DNA of 64,000 bases, taken from Neophaeotheca triangularis (taxonomy: Eukaryota). The DNA lies in contig BAAIJX010000019.1 in assembly GCA_054600435.1 (NCBI GenBank), positions 186,001 through 250,000 of the forward strand, written 5' to 3'. The position numbers and the translations under genes were made by a program. Shown piece by piece: positions 1 to 12,079 of this stretch; positions within the stretch are counted from its first letter, which is position 1, and every line of letters begins with the position of its first letter. The notes beneath the pieces were generated by a model that did not search any database, was not told the DNA's origin, and saw only the letters and a program-made list of their open reading frames with translations.

Positions 1-3000
1 TTGTTCTGATTTCATTATTCCTTATCCTATTCTTTCCCCATGCAACACATCCCGCACTCGGAACGCAGTACTGCTGTCGACGCCTCACGACGATTGCACG
101 ACCAGAAGACTAAAGAGTAGCGCACCATGTTTTCGCAAAAGCTATTATGGTGCGAGTCGAGCCGATTAATATGCAAAAAAGGTCACAGAAGATGCACTCA
201 AGTCTTGCGAGCCTTCCCGCAAACAATCCACTATTTCCGCCGCACCGGCCGCTCAGCCGCATTGCAACGTAGACTACTCAACTCTCGATCTCTTGAGCCC
301 CAGGCCAGCTATCATTATGCTCAAGCCACCAAAGGCACGGCCTCCGGAAAAGGGATGAGAACGGAACACCGCCCACCTCCCAAGGCTCGCAGAGTCGCGG
401 GCCTTTGCGGCTCCGCTATGGAGACAAGAAAGCCGACCACAAAAGAGGCCAATTGTGGATCTGGAGATGCAGCATCTTGAATCATGGCCTGCAATGAAGA
501 CGGCCGAACAACAATTGGCGACTTTCATCGCTTGTCCATGTGTACAACATTCCGACGCTCCCTGCGACCGCTACTGTGTCTACGTCTCTCTCTCACCCGC
601 ACGACACCGCAAAGAAAGCTGGAAAGAGTAGAAGGGAACCGGTAAGTAAATTTGCGGGAGGAGGCTTTCGAAAATCGAACAAGACACTTCTTGATGTAGG
701 GAGCGTAGACGGAGCGCGCAGAGCACCGATACTTGATGAAGCCTGTCTGGGAATCCTCACCTCCCTAGCTCCCACGCTTCTTACTTGAGGCCATTGCCCC
801 TCCTCGCGAACGGCCAGAGCTGGAAAGTAAGGAACCGAGTAAGAGCTGGGGCAACAATGAAGGTTCAGTAATTGCAGGCGGAAGCTGTGAACAATCGGTA
901 GGATTTTGCAGCGACAATAGCTGGGTTGGGAAGCAAGAGACGGAAGCAATCATACCGAGATGTTCGCGTGTCCGAGCATGCTGGATATTTGGCACGGCAA
1001 GAGCATGTTGGTACAAGCACGGAGGGGCAATGAGCACCCCCGGGTCCGAGTAAAAGCGACGGTGAGTTTCCACCGCTCAAGATCCAGAAAATAACAAGCG
1101 AGGTGTGTCTACGCTGGGGCTATCCAGCCTTGACACTCGAGAGCTCTGTTCGATATCGAGATTGGAGCCTAGGCCTCATTTGAAACACTATCACACCACA
1201 TGATCTGTCACGCTTTTCGCGCTATTGGGCTGCTTGGGTGATCGTTGTTATGGGCCGCTGACAAATGCGGCTCAGGAGTCAGACGCATTCCCCTTGCCAC
1301 TGCGTCGGCCGCCCATCTTTCCAAGACTCCTAGTCAGATCAACAAAGTTCTTCGAAGCATCCGTTTGTCAACTTGGCTCGCGAGAGGCGACTGGCGCTTG
1401 AGCATCATGACAAAGTCAAGACTCCATGTCTTCGAGAAGAGAGATGTGTTGCGGGCATCCGCTGACCCATAGCCAGACTAGCTGGGCTCTCAGAGCCGTA
1501 AACGAATCAATGAGGGTTTCGGACACCATGTACGGCATTGACGAGCCTTGGCAGCTCGCGTCGCTATTGCCCTGAGAATGCCCAAATCACATGGCCGAAC
1601 AGTGACAGGCCGAAGCAAGGTCGTAAGCAGCTTACCCTTCAAATGGTCTCTGCCTCGCCCGGCCGGAGGTTCGTCTACCAAGGTCAAAGCTACCTGGTAC
1701 AAGGCTGCTGTTATAGGCCTCACCACAGCCACCACGTCTCTCTTGATGCTGTCTTCCGTCCTCTCCACTAAGCCCCTCTTCCCTCCCGAGTTTCCGTCCG
1801 AAATACCATGCCTTTGAAACACCACAAGAAGCCGCGACAACCTTCTCCATGCCCAGAGGGAAAAGATCAAAGGAAGGAAGAGTTCGGAAAGATATGGGGA
1901 AACAATATAGCGGGGAGAAAGAGACACTCGGCGATGTTGGCGTCGAAGTCATAGGGAAAAGCTGGCGAGATGTCAAGAGGAGATGACAATCACAAGGCTT
2001 GGAGCGCAGTGGGCCTATTAGGCTCGCCAACAATGCGCGGTATTGGTAAAGGAGAAGCCGTGGACGCAAAAGAAAGAGAACAGGTATGCAATGGGCGCGA
2101 GGCTCGCCATTGGCGTCAGTTCATCGCACTCGGGGGCAAGCCTTTGCGTTGCCAAGATGCGGGATATGCCTGGACCGGCAGATCGCATCAGAAATAAGGT
2201 AAGAAGGAACATAATGTAGCTTCACTTGCTCTCGCACTGCGATTGCTCTGCAGGCGGAGATGGTTTCCTTGCTAACGAGAAGCTCGCGTGTTGAATCCAA
2301 CCTGTTACTACCCGCAACGTGCTAGAACAGCGGATGGCTTGCAGCGGCAGTCATGTTAGCAGTCATGCATCACTTAGCTTTGCTGTCCGAATGTTCTATG
2401 CTCCGGGGCGATGGCCGAGTGAATCGAGGCCAGCTCCGAATGCTCGGGTAACGGGCGCAGTGTCCTGCCTCTTCCTCACTGCTCGCATACCATGTACTCT
2501 TTCAATCATCTTCGAAGCCGACGGCCTTGATAGCATCGTGGTAGTGGTGTGACAAAAGTCATGCTCCACCGGCAACACCACGTCGCGCACTACCTCTGTT
2601 GGGTCGCTTCGCTCGGTCGCAGGGAGTGCTGCTCGTTCGGCTTTCAGCGACTGCCCAGTTCACTCAGCATCTGGACATCGGCCAGTGTTATTCGCATCGA
2701 GCACGAGAGCACCATCGGAAAGCATCTCAGGGGATAAGAAGACGGCAAAGCTGGGCAGGCAACGTCGATGAACTGTATGCTAACGGTGAGGCAGCTGGGA
2801 ATAGGAGGTAGAGAAGGGACGAGACTGAGACGCAGCTGCAGTTGCCCGCAGGCTTGCCAAGGCCGCCAACTTTACGCTGTTTTTGGTAAAGCGTGAGAAA
2901 GCTTGTCTGGACTTCGTCCTTTCTTGCTGTTGCGTCAGACGCTCGTATCAAGAGCGACAAGCATATACTCCTCACTTGTACGGTTCTCCGAGACAGTAGA

Positions 3001-5199
3001 AGGTCAGCTTCTAGTAGTTAACCTTGGTGGTAGACCTCGGGCACTTTTTGTTGGGGCTCTGGACGGAACCTGTGTTCTTTGTTCTGCCCTACCGCATCCG
3101 GCAAAGCTTCTTTCGCGACAGAGAATGCACCAAACTTGGACGTGTCTAATACAATCTAGGCTTGAAATTCTCATGCTTCCATTACGTCAATCGGCGCTTG
3201 GAACCGAAGTGGTTCTTAACCTCGACCTGCGGGTTTCCCGCCTTCTTGACGAACCATGGGATAGGCCATACGCTTCGGCGGCAGAGTTTCTTCTTGAACC
3301 GGACCGAAGTGCTGCTCCTATAGCTGGTCTGTCTTCAAACTGCTCACATCAAGCTGAAAACTTTCCAACAGCAAAGTCGGCTCAACCTCTGGAGCCTTTA
3401 GCTTTTCTGTTCGGCAACGAGCTTCCTACTGAATGGATGCTGGGTACGAAGGAGCGCGGTTCGCAGATTGGATTGGACTGAGCCCATAGCCCCTGCTCGA
3501 CCCCCTATAAGTCGTCGTTGATGCTCTTAACCTCCGTTTTATGACGAGAGCAAGCCATTGCTCGAAAGCCTGCGACGCTCGGACGGAGATACAGCGCCCG
3601 GTTAAGACTAAAGCATGCGGCCGCTGGGGATGCTCATGGGTCGGCGTTGTCGTTGGTATCTTGACGGCCGCTTGCCGCTGCTTCAGTGCAGTCTCCTCTC
3701 GAATTCAGGGTTGATTTAGGGTGGAACGTGATTTGTACATATGCTAGATAGAAGCTGGATTACCTTCGAGCAAACAGATCCGCAGCTTTGTCGCTCTTTC
3801 CAGACCCTCTGGAACTGGGACTGCCCTACACATACCACTATTTGTGGTTTTTCATCGCCTCTCTTTGCTGCTGACTCCATATAAGAGCTTAGCCTGGCTG
3901 CAAATAAGGGTTGGAGCCAAGTGGAGGGTCAGCCGGCGGGCATTTACGGAGTTGATATGTTTAAAAGTGTCGGTGCAGATCTGAGTCTCTACGAGATGAT
4001 CGGGCTGAGAGCGGTCTCAAACGTCTCCAAGGAGGGAAACAAGGATGAGGGGAAGAGAACCACAACTAAGGCTCTTTCAAAAGATCGCGGCTTCGGCGTG
4101 AATATTAGCTATCTACCTTGCCTTTACGTATGCAAGGAGTATAGGCCACTACACAGTACTCTGTTTGTCAACCTCGAGAGACTCTCGAAGACTAGATGTG
4201 CGTAAGGTCAAGCTGCTGCAACGGTGCGTCTCTCGTGGCGGGCAAAGGAACCTCCTGAGCGGTTACCCGTGAAAAACGCTTTACAAGACACGCACTAGCA
4301 AGATGTTTGCTTGCGCTATCATCATCTTTCTTCCTTCTACAATGCTGATCTTGGACAAAAAGCGTAGCTGGCCTAGTGGTCGCTCTAATAAAGACTCCTA
4401 CGATTACTTACGTTGTGGTCCCTGTATATATACATATATCAGAATGCGTTGCAAATACCACCCTCGCACACCGTACCGCATAGTCCTCTTTTAAACTTTA
4501 TGTGATCTTATAAACCAAGGCAACCGTATAAATCGACAGTATCGCGTCAGAAGCTCACAAATATGTCTTGGGGCGACAGCGTTCAGATTCCGCCAACAAT
4601 AGGGTGATAGGGACAATCAACCCATCACCCGGCCTCATCGAACCCTCGTCCGTGAAAGACGTTATGGGAGAGTTCCCGCTCAGACACAACCAGAACACAG
4701 CGGTCGAACTGCAGGTTGACTCGGTGTGTTACCCGCTCTACTATATATATGATTGATGACACCTGACTTATACGCTGTCTCGAAGCACATCAGTGGATAA
4801 CATGAACATACCGTCCGGCGCTCACACATGTGCCTGTCGAAGTGAGTAGTGTTCAGCAGAAGGGCAATTCCGACGGTCTGTGCACGTCAAGATGCCGACA
4901 CTTCACTTTCAAGGAAGCCTGACGTCCCCGTTTCGAGGAAGGCACGACCTCTTCTTTGGCTGCCCCCTCTATACCTCAACTTAACATCTACCACCACCAC
5001 GACCACCACCACCACAGTACCACCATCTTTGCAGATATCTCTTCGGTCCATCCAAGGTTAACACTCCTGACGTTCCGGAACTGCCTGCAGAAGTACGACA
5101 TACGGAACTTCGTGAGCAAAATACTCCCGACTGTCGATCGATTACTTTCAACCTGCTAACGACAATAGCAGTAGCTTGTCAGCTAGAGACAATCCTGAC

Positions 5200-7149
5200 A
5201 TGCAGCGTTCCAAGATTTCCAGCCACCCTCACCTCCCAGAGGCTGGCCCGAACAACGATATGCAGTACAACCACACTTTTGCGTCTGACCCTCGGAGAAC
5301 AGACGGCACCCACTCCATGAAACAAGATGTGCAATCACACTTTGACTCCGGCGTGAACGATCGTGACCACGGGCTCGACGACCATGGCTTTCATAGGCAG
5401 CACGGATCATTCTCCCACAAGCTCGCTGGACAAACTTTCGAGCGTCGAGGCCCCTGCGATGATGGCACTGCCCCCAATTCCCTCGCCAGCAATCAGTGGG
5501 GCGGGTTTGCACCAACGTTGCAACACTCATTCACCAATCGATTCGAACCATCCGGCGAAAAGAACCTCGCTGCTGTCTTTAACGACGGACAGGACGCCTC
5601 AATCTATCATCCCGAGCTTTATTCCACCAACAGGGCTCACAAAGGGGTTCCCCAGACAAAGCAGAATGCTGGCCCGGAGCTCGTTCGGCCGCTGTCAGTG
5701 AGCGAGGTCATGGGAGACTGGCTAGTCGAGCACAATCCAACCGCAACCATCAGTCTGCGGCTAGACGGCCACGTGCGCTTTGGAACAGTCTTTGACTTTG
5801 TTTCACAGTACCCTGGATCGTATGTATCCATCAGGGATCACCTGCTTAAGTGCTGCGGGTTGCCGGTGCAGGGACCCTCTTCTACCGCCAGCCCAGACGC
5901 AACCAGCAAAATCAACGGGAAGACTCGCATGCTCAGCGACAACGGCGGAAGCCCACCTTATTACGAGGTTGATCATAACACCTCGTCGCAACAAGCGGTA
6001 TCAGGCCCTGTGGCAGATTCAAACCCAACGCCAGGTGCTTCGAACAAAGACGCCACCCCTCTCCCAACCGCAGTCTCGCAGCTGGGCATGAAGGCAGGCT
6101 TACCACTGCGCTTCCACAATCTGGAGGAGGCCCGACGTTCTTTCGTGTCAAGGGAGGTCGTGGAGTTCGATCTCGAAGGTGGAGACGACACCGAGAGGGT
6201 GGAGAGAAACATTCGATCTCATGTCTCGACCGTCAAAGATGCCCTCCAGCATATCGCATTCGAAACAACTGTGCCACCGCATCCTTCGCTCACAGTTACT
6301 CAATGCAGTACTACCTGGGCCAATTGGCAGAAGACACAATCCCACGTCGTGACAACAGTCCTGGGTCTATCGGATGGAGATGTGACCGCGGAGATCAGGG
6401 CGTGGGAGCTCGTTGCAGAGGCAATTGCGATTCATCGTGACGGATTCCGCGTCGATTGCAATACTCGCAACAAAAAGGTCAAATGCAGTGAAAGGATCGC
6501 TCTTGTTGTTGGTATGCTGAAGAAGTACGCCATTGCCCGCGTGAGTGTTTTGGACCGCAACAGCATTCAGGGTTTCGTGTCGGATCCCGAGCGCTACTGC
6601 AAGAAGAAGATCAGCAATCTGTGGAACAATACGCGCAAAAAAGTTGATCATGACGCGCTGTCAAGCAACCTCCCAAAGGATCAGGTTGTCGTACAGCCTT
6701 ACGTTGAGCCTAAGCAAGACCCAGCCCAGCAAAAGCTCAAGGAGATCCAGAGACGCAACATGGATGCGGCTGGGACAAAGGAATGGCTGAAACAGAGGCG
6801 CCATGCGAGGAAGGACGTCGGAGAAGTCGCATCTCCATACGGAGGGGTTGATGCGACCGGGCTGGGTGCAGAGCAGGAGCCGCAGTTTATCACCCGTACG
6901 GGCGCTGCACCAAACCACGCTGCCACCATGACGAGCGCATACTCCAACAACACATCGTCGTTGGGGTATGGGCCCTGGCAGAACGCTTTTTCGCAGATGT
7001 CGAGCATGCAGAATGCCCACGGGGGAAGCTTGAATGTGGAGCGAGACACGGACTCAGGTACTGTCTCTGCCAAGCGCAAGCGTGACTCCTCCGATGGTCA
7101 AGATGGCACCGGGGCTCGAGCTTCTAAGCGCCAAAAAGCCAGTGACTGA
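5200..7149 (+). CDS. Hypothetical protein, paralog 1 of local family
   Basis: Long open frame (track ORF 5176..7149, first ATG at 5200). Central domain (WANWQ...AWELVAEAIAIHRDG...CSERIALVVGMLKKYAIARVSVLD...PERYCKKKISNLWNN) aligns by eye with the ORFs at 12080 and 15915. Basic C-terminus. Probable upstream intron GTGAGC 5112..GCTAAC..TAG 5168. Confidence 0.8.
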   Translation: MQRSKISSHPHLPEAGPNNDMQYNHTFASDPRRTDGTHSMKQDVQSHFDSGVNDRDHGLDDHGFHRQHGSFSHKLAGQTFERRGPCDDGTAPNSLASNQWGGFAPTLQHSFTNRFEPSGEKNLAAVFNDGQDASIYHPELYSTNRAHKGVPQTKQNAGPELVRPLSVSEVMGDWLVEHNPTATISLRLDGHVRFGTVFDFVSQYPGSYVSIRDHLLKCCGLPVQGPSSTASPDATSKINGKTRMLSDNGGSPPYYEVDHNTSSQQAVSGPVADSNPTPGASNKDATPLPTAVSQLGMKAGLPLRFHNLEEARRSFVSREVVEFDLEGGDDTERVERNIRSHVSTVKDALQHIAFETTVPPHPSLTVTQCSTTWANWQKTQSHVVTTVLGLSDGDVTAEIRAWELVAEAIAIHRDGFRVDCNTRNKKVKCSERIALVVGMLKKYAIARVSVLDRNSIQGFVSDPERYCKKKISNLWNNTRKKVDHDALSSNLPKDQVVVQPYVEPKQDPAQQKLKEIQRRNMDAAGTKEWLKQRRHARKDVGEVASPYGGVDATGLGAEQEPQFITRTGAAPNHAATMTSAYSNNTSSLGYGPWQNAFSQMSSMQNAHGGSLNVERDTDSGTVSAKRKRDSSDGQDGTGARASKRQKASD

Positions 7150-8199
7150 AAAGTGCAATGGGCGGCAAGGGGCGCACTGGAGGTAACCTGGGTTGAGAGA
7201 TAGAAGCGCCTCTTTTCAACCAGCTGACTACTTGTCAGCGATTGCTACGTTGCTGGAAAGCGCTGTTCTTTTTTCGCAGGTGGTGAGTCCTCGCTGCATT
7301 GGAGTCGAGGAAAAGGAGTACGCAAGTCTTGGCGAAGTGCACGATAAGAAAGAGACGGACGGAGCGTGCCGTGCATACTTGAATAGTTAGAAGTCAGAGG
7401 GGCTCTCAGCATCGGTTCAAAGACGAAGTTCATCTCAAGGTAGAGCAATCGAATAAAGCAGGCACTGTCTATATCAAAACACTAGCACTCGTAGGAGCGT
7501 CGCTTACGCAACAAATGATGCCAGGTAAACACTGCTGCTATTTGAAAGCTTTCCCACTCCATACTTCATAGCTCCATTTCGCAGCAATGGTGTTTTTGGT
7601 AGCTAGTTTTCCCCATCTGTATCCCCCCGAACCTTCGGTTGTATGTTGCCTGAAGCAACCCGCGAGCAAAATAGCAATAACCTTTCCAGTACTGACAACA
7701 TAAGCCCCAACAGCACCGATCTATCGAAATCGTTCTTCAGACAAAGGTTTGGGTGTTGTCGTCTTCGTCCGCTTACCCGGTTCAAGAGCCAGGTCCCTCA
7801 TCTACCAGGCTTTGGTGACCTCAGCAGCAGCTTTCCACTAGCCCGCAAACAGTTCTGGTGACAAGGGTATCAACTTCACCTCATCTCGAAACCGCTGGTA
7901 TGGCTATCGGCATTGTGGGGCCTATTAGGCCCGAGAAGCTTCAGGTGACTGTCTTTGTAGCTGCTGTTCTCCATACCGCATTATTAGTACCTACTAAATA
8001 GATCTTATATGATCCCAAGAGCTAGGACACCGATCTCAAGCTATTACGTAGCAAGGACATTAGTAGTAGAAGGGCGCGTAAACAAGACTCACAAAATGAA
8101 TCAGAGAAAGAAACACAAGATAAAGAGGAAGTACAAACAGCGGATCTTAGAACATGGGATGGGCAGACTGAAACAGTTGATGAGGTGGAGGTCAGTCAG

Positions 8200-8814
8200 G
8201 TTCGTTACTCAGTCCTCGACATCAAAGCCGCAAATTTACGTCCAAGCGAAGATCACAGACGTCTGGTGCAACTTTGACAAGAAACGCCATAACAATACCA
8301 AGGATGCGGAAGTTCGGAGTGGTGAAGAAGAGGGCGTCGCGGATTTTACTGGCGAGGAGGACGAGGAAGGCGCAAAGAATCAGATGGATGCAGCGTAGGA
8401 GAACAGCCTGGGAAGAGCTGGAGCTGGTGGCATTGTAGACATTGAGACTCGCCACGACTCGGAGGCTTTTGCGGCTACCGAGAAGCCCAGCCCCTCGACT
8501 TCTGATGCTAGAGAAACTTCCCTGGGAACTGCCCTCGTTCCTCTAGAGAGCGCAAACCCCACCCCCACATATGCCGTGGCCTCGAAAAGATCAAGCATAG
8601 TCGCTCGCACGCTCGGTCCCAAGTCTCGCAGCTCGAAGAGGGGTACAAAATCAGGGGAGAAGCGGTGAAGGGCATTGGAAAGGAGGTCTCTGATAGCACT
8701 GCGTCAGTCGCAGGGTTTGACGAGGCGAAAACACAAGGCCGGGGCGACCAGGATCCCCTTCTTGACTACAGCTCTGGTGGCGTGGGCCGTGCCAAACGTC
8801 GCCGCTTTGCTTGA
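8200..8814 (+). pseudogene. Degenerate 3' remnant of another family paralog
   Basis: VRYSVLD (8200-8220), then in another frame PQIYVQAKITDVWCNFDKK (from 8228), matching paralog 1 ARVSVLD...PERYCKKKISNLWNNTRKK. Acidic stretch, in-frame TAG at 8396-8398, a frameshift, and a basic end AKRRRFA* (TGA 8812-8814). Confidence 0.5.
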
Positions 8815-11800
8815 ACTGCAGCCAGCGACAGGCCTCACCATTCATACTTTGGCTTGTTCACAAGGGGAAGATCAAAGTGTAGGGGATTGGGAATGACGTG
8901 GAGGAATGCATGGTGGAGGACGAGGCTAGCGCAAAGTTGCAAGATATCAAGGTACAAAGTAGAGCTGTTGTTTCCGTTTATACCATACCTGGTGACCGGT
9001 GACTGCCTCTCAAGTAAACCGCCATCCCGACAGCCTTAAGCTCTTAAGATACCACATTGCTCGGTTTCTTCACTAAATTATCTCTGCGCAGCCACCCGAC
9101 CAACTCCAAGGGGTTCCTTTGTCTCCAAAACTGTGCTTTCCCCGTATCGGTTGCTTGGGTCGGTAATTGGCTTTGTTGTACCTGGCTCTATTCTTTCAGT
9201 CTTTGTCGTCAGACACGCTCGGCTGGCTTTACACTTCGAGGAGAACAATAGTATGATGCAAATGCTTTTCACCACTGTCTGCCTTGATAACTACGGCCTC
9301 TTCGAGGCCAACATCATCCCAATCGAAGCCAACCATGTTTGCCAATATCACAGACTCATCGCAAGCAGATCTACCTTGTATTTCATGCTCGGGTCTTGGA
9401 TTTTTCCCTTACTTGATCGTCCTCCTCTTCATGACGATTTGCGAATACCTGCAGCGCCGCAATCGACCAACAACTGACCCCTGACCCTCAGCTGCTACGA
9501 TCCTGCCCTTTATCAAGCAAGACACGCGATTGCGAGGTTCTTGAACCGACTCGAGCCGACATCAAGTCATCCGCTGAAGGCAATCAAGGAATGCTCCCGC
9601 TCTTTTTTGGGTTATTTTACCTTCTCGAGGCTATCGAGGGCCAAAGCTACGAGGCGTTTTTGACGAGTACAAAGGCAGAGCTAGGACCACAGATGGAATG
9701 GCTGGTCAATATCGCGCTGTAATCTTTGCGGACGGCCCCTGATGAGGCTGAGTCCCCTGAACAAAATGTTTCGCTAGCGCCTACGGACTTCTTGGGCTTC
9801 ACACGTACCAGGAGTTCCGAGTACACTCTGGGTATCAGGCCATGCAAACGGGTCGAAAGGACTCTAATACAAGGAGGATAGGCAACTTATGGCGCAAGCG
9901 AATGTCAGTTAGTCACAACTCTCTTGGTCATTCGGGGGCTAGTCGGAGGAAGCAGCTGGCTGCAGCGGGTTCGGAGAAGTTGGAAAGACTGACGACAGTG
10001 TTAAAGAGGCGGCGCAACTCCAACCGCAGGAGATATTCTGGCTTTGGAGAGGGAACACGTGGACTGGGGACTTGTTAGGGAGTGTAGAGGTGGTCCTGCG
10101 AACTTCGAATACACGGCCCTAGCTACCAAAGGGTATGCCATGGGAGGTATCTCAGCAGAGTGGGTTTGCAACCGAGCGCTACTCGCGCCGCGCGGACCCT
10201 GGCGTTTATTCCGTCTGTACGACACAAGAGCTGTGATCTATCCTCCAAGTCCGCTTTGCTAAGTGCAAAAGCTGGCTGTTACCCTGTGCCTGCCACACGT
10301 TGTCGATAGTACCCTTTCCCATTCGAGCTCCTCTATGGGTACTTGAAAGGAAATGCTTCATACCGCATTGATAGTCGCACTTACGCATGTGGAGCGGTAA
10401 AGCCGTGGCGAGCGCACGTTGAAGATGGTAATCGGGGACTTGGTGAAATGTCGAGTGTTGGAATAGACTCGAGACGTGGCTATTGGGGGGGACGAGTGGC
10501 CGTGTCTCGAAAAAAGCTTTAGTCGGTAGCTCTGGAAGGAGGATCGATCCGTTCGCTCGGATTTTCAGGAAAGCCTCAGGGATGCGTGTTCGTGGAAGCA
10601 ACACGGCAAGAAGTGACTACTTTTTTATTGGGGAGCACATGCGACTGGGATGAATAATAGTCCCGCCTCCAGCCTGTCGAATGATGTTTTTGATTCGAGC
10701 CAAGGTGGATCAGTAGATAGATAGTCATGTGATGAATGAAGTCACAAAAAGAGGTCCCTCTGCCAATATTCGAACGCGCGTAGTTACTGACTGTCTGGCT
10801 CAAAAGGGCAAAAAAGTTTAGTAGCTCACTTTACTTGCATGTGTCATCCTTAGTGCAGGGGCCATGCTAATCTTCTCTGTATTGTTTCAAATTGACCAAT
10901 TGCCCGAAGGCGAAAAGCATGGCTGGGTGTCACATATGTACCCTCAGTTCGTAAGCCTCGTCGACAACAGCACTTCGATTTCACCGGATATCTTCCCATT
11001 TACTGCATGGTCTGTAGACTTTATCTTTCTGAAGCTCCGTGCACTCTTGTGCACTAGTGGCACGCTGCTAGCACACTGTCTGGCTCCGCCAGTTGAGATC
11101 TGGGTGCAATCCTGCTTTTAGTAACCCATATCGACTATCATTATTTGTCGCAATCGCAACGGCTTCTGGAATATCAGGGTACTTCACTTAGACGCCCGGG
11201 TAAGAGCGAGCAAGGGCTTGCGAGGGTCTTGATATCAAAGTCTCGTCTCATGAGGTTGTATCCAGGATCCTTCGCGGCGCATCATCGTGCTCATCAAAGT
11301 TCCGTTGACCCCAAGCAATAATGCCTACCTCTTGTTCTTTTTCCCATTTATAAACGCATCAACAAAGCCAGATCTCAAGACCCGCAATCAACAAACCCAG
11401 ACGCTGGTCCGCTACCTAGCATTTGCTATCTAGCAACAAGGTTTTGCTCTTCCCTCCTGCCTCGAAAAAATCAGACGCTTAAAAGGACATCGATCAGATC
11501 GCCGCCATCATGGCTTTGGTCTTTATGATTGCTTATCTGGAAAATAACAATGCAGACAATGTTCATTCATCAGCCCCATGCCAGCTCACAAATTTGAGGT
11601 GCTCTGCCATTAAGAGACATTTGTATGATCAAACGACGACTAGACCGTCGTTGATGGGCCGTACATACTGTAGACATGCAGGGTGACTTGTCAGCGAGAC
11701 ATTCTTATTTTTTTCCGATACATCGATAGCAAGAAACGGCCGTGAGTCGATTAGCTTTTGAAATTCCCTTCACTTTAGTTATACCTTCACATGCAACAAT

Positions 11801-12079
11801 ATAGCTTCTCAAGTGAGCCTGTATACTCACTTGGGGTCTGTGCTGCTAGCGCATCTCAGCACGCTCTTGTTCAGCTCTCTAGACTACTCTTCAGCTCCTC
11901 CGAGTCTTCAAAAATCACACCTTCTTACTTTCTCACCGTCTGAGCAAACGAGTCTTGACCAGCTCGCCTCGATCTTCCCAGCTACAACGCCCGCAACTGT
12001 GACAGCCTAAAAGGTCTGTCAAAACAACGCGACCGATCGATAAACTATCACTAGCAACCGTTCTCAGTCCTGAGCTGTC

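Noticed and set aside
1..4800. Many short ORFs, including 2903..3481 and a stop-interrupted minus-strand frame near 2730-3300
   Set aside because: No recognisable motif or consistent exon structure. It may be a decayed gene, but I cannot support that.
4990..5015. (CAC)n microsatellite
   Set aside because: Ordinary short repeat in a probable 5' UTR.
9050..11200. Short ORFs between paralogs 1 and 2
   Set aside because: No family motifs or other recognisable domains.
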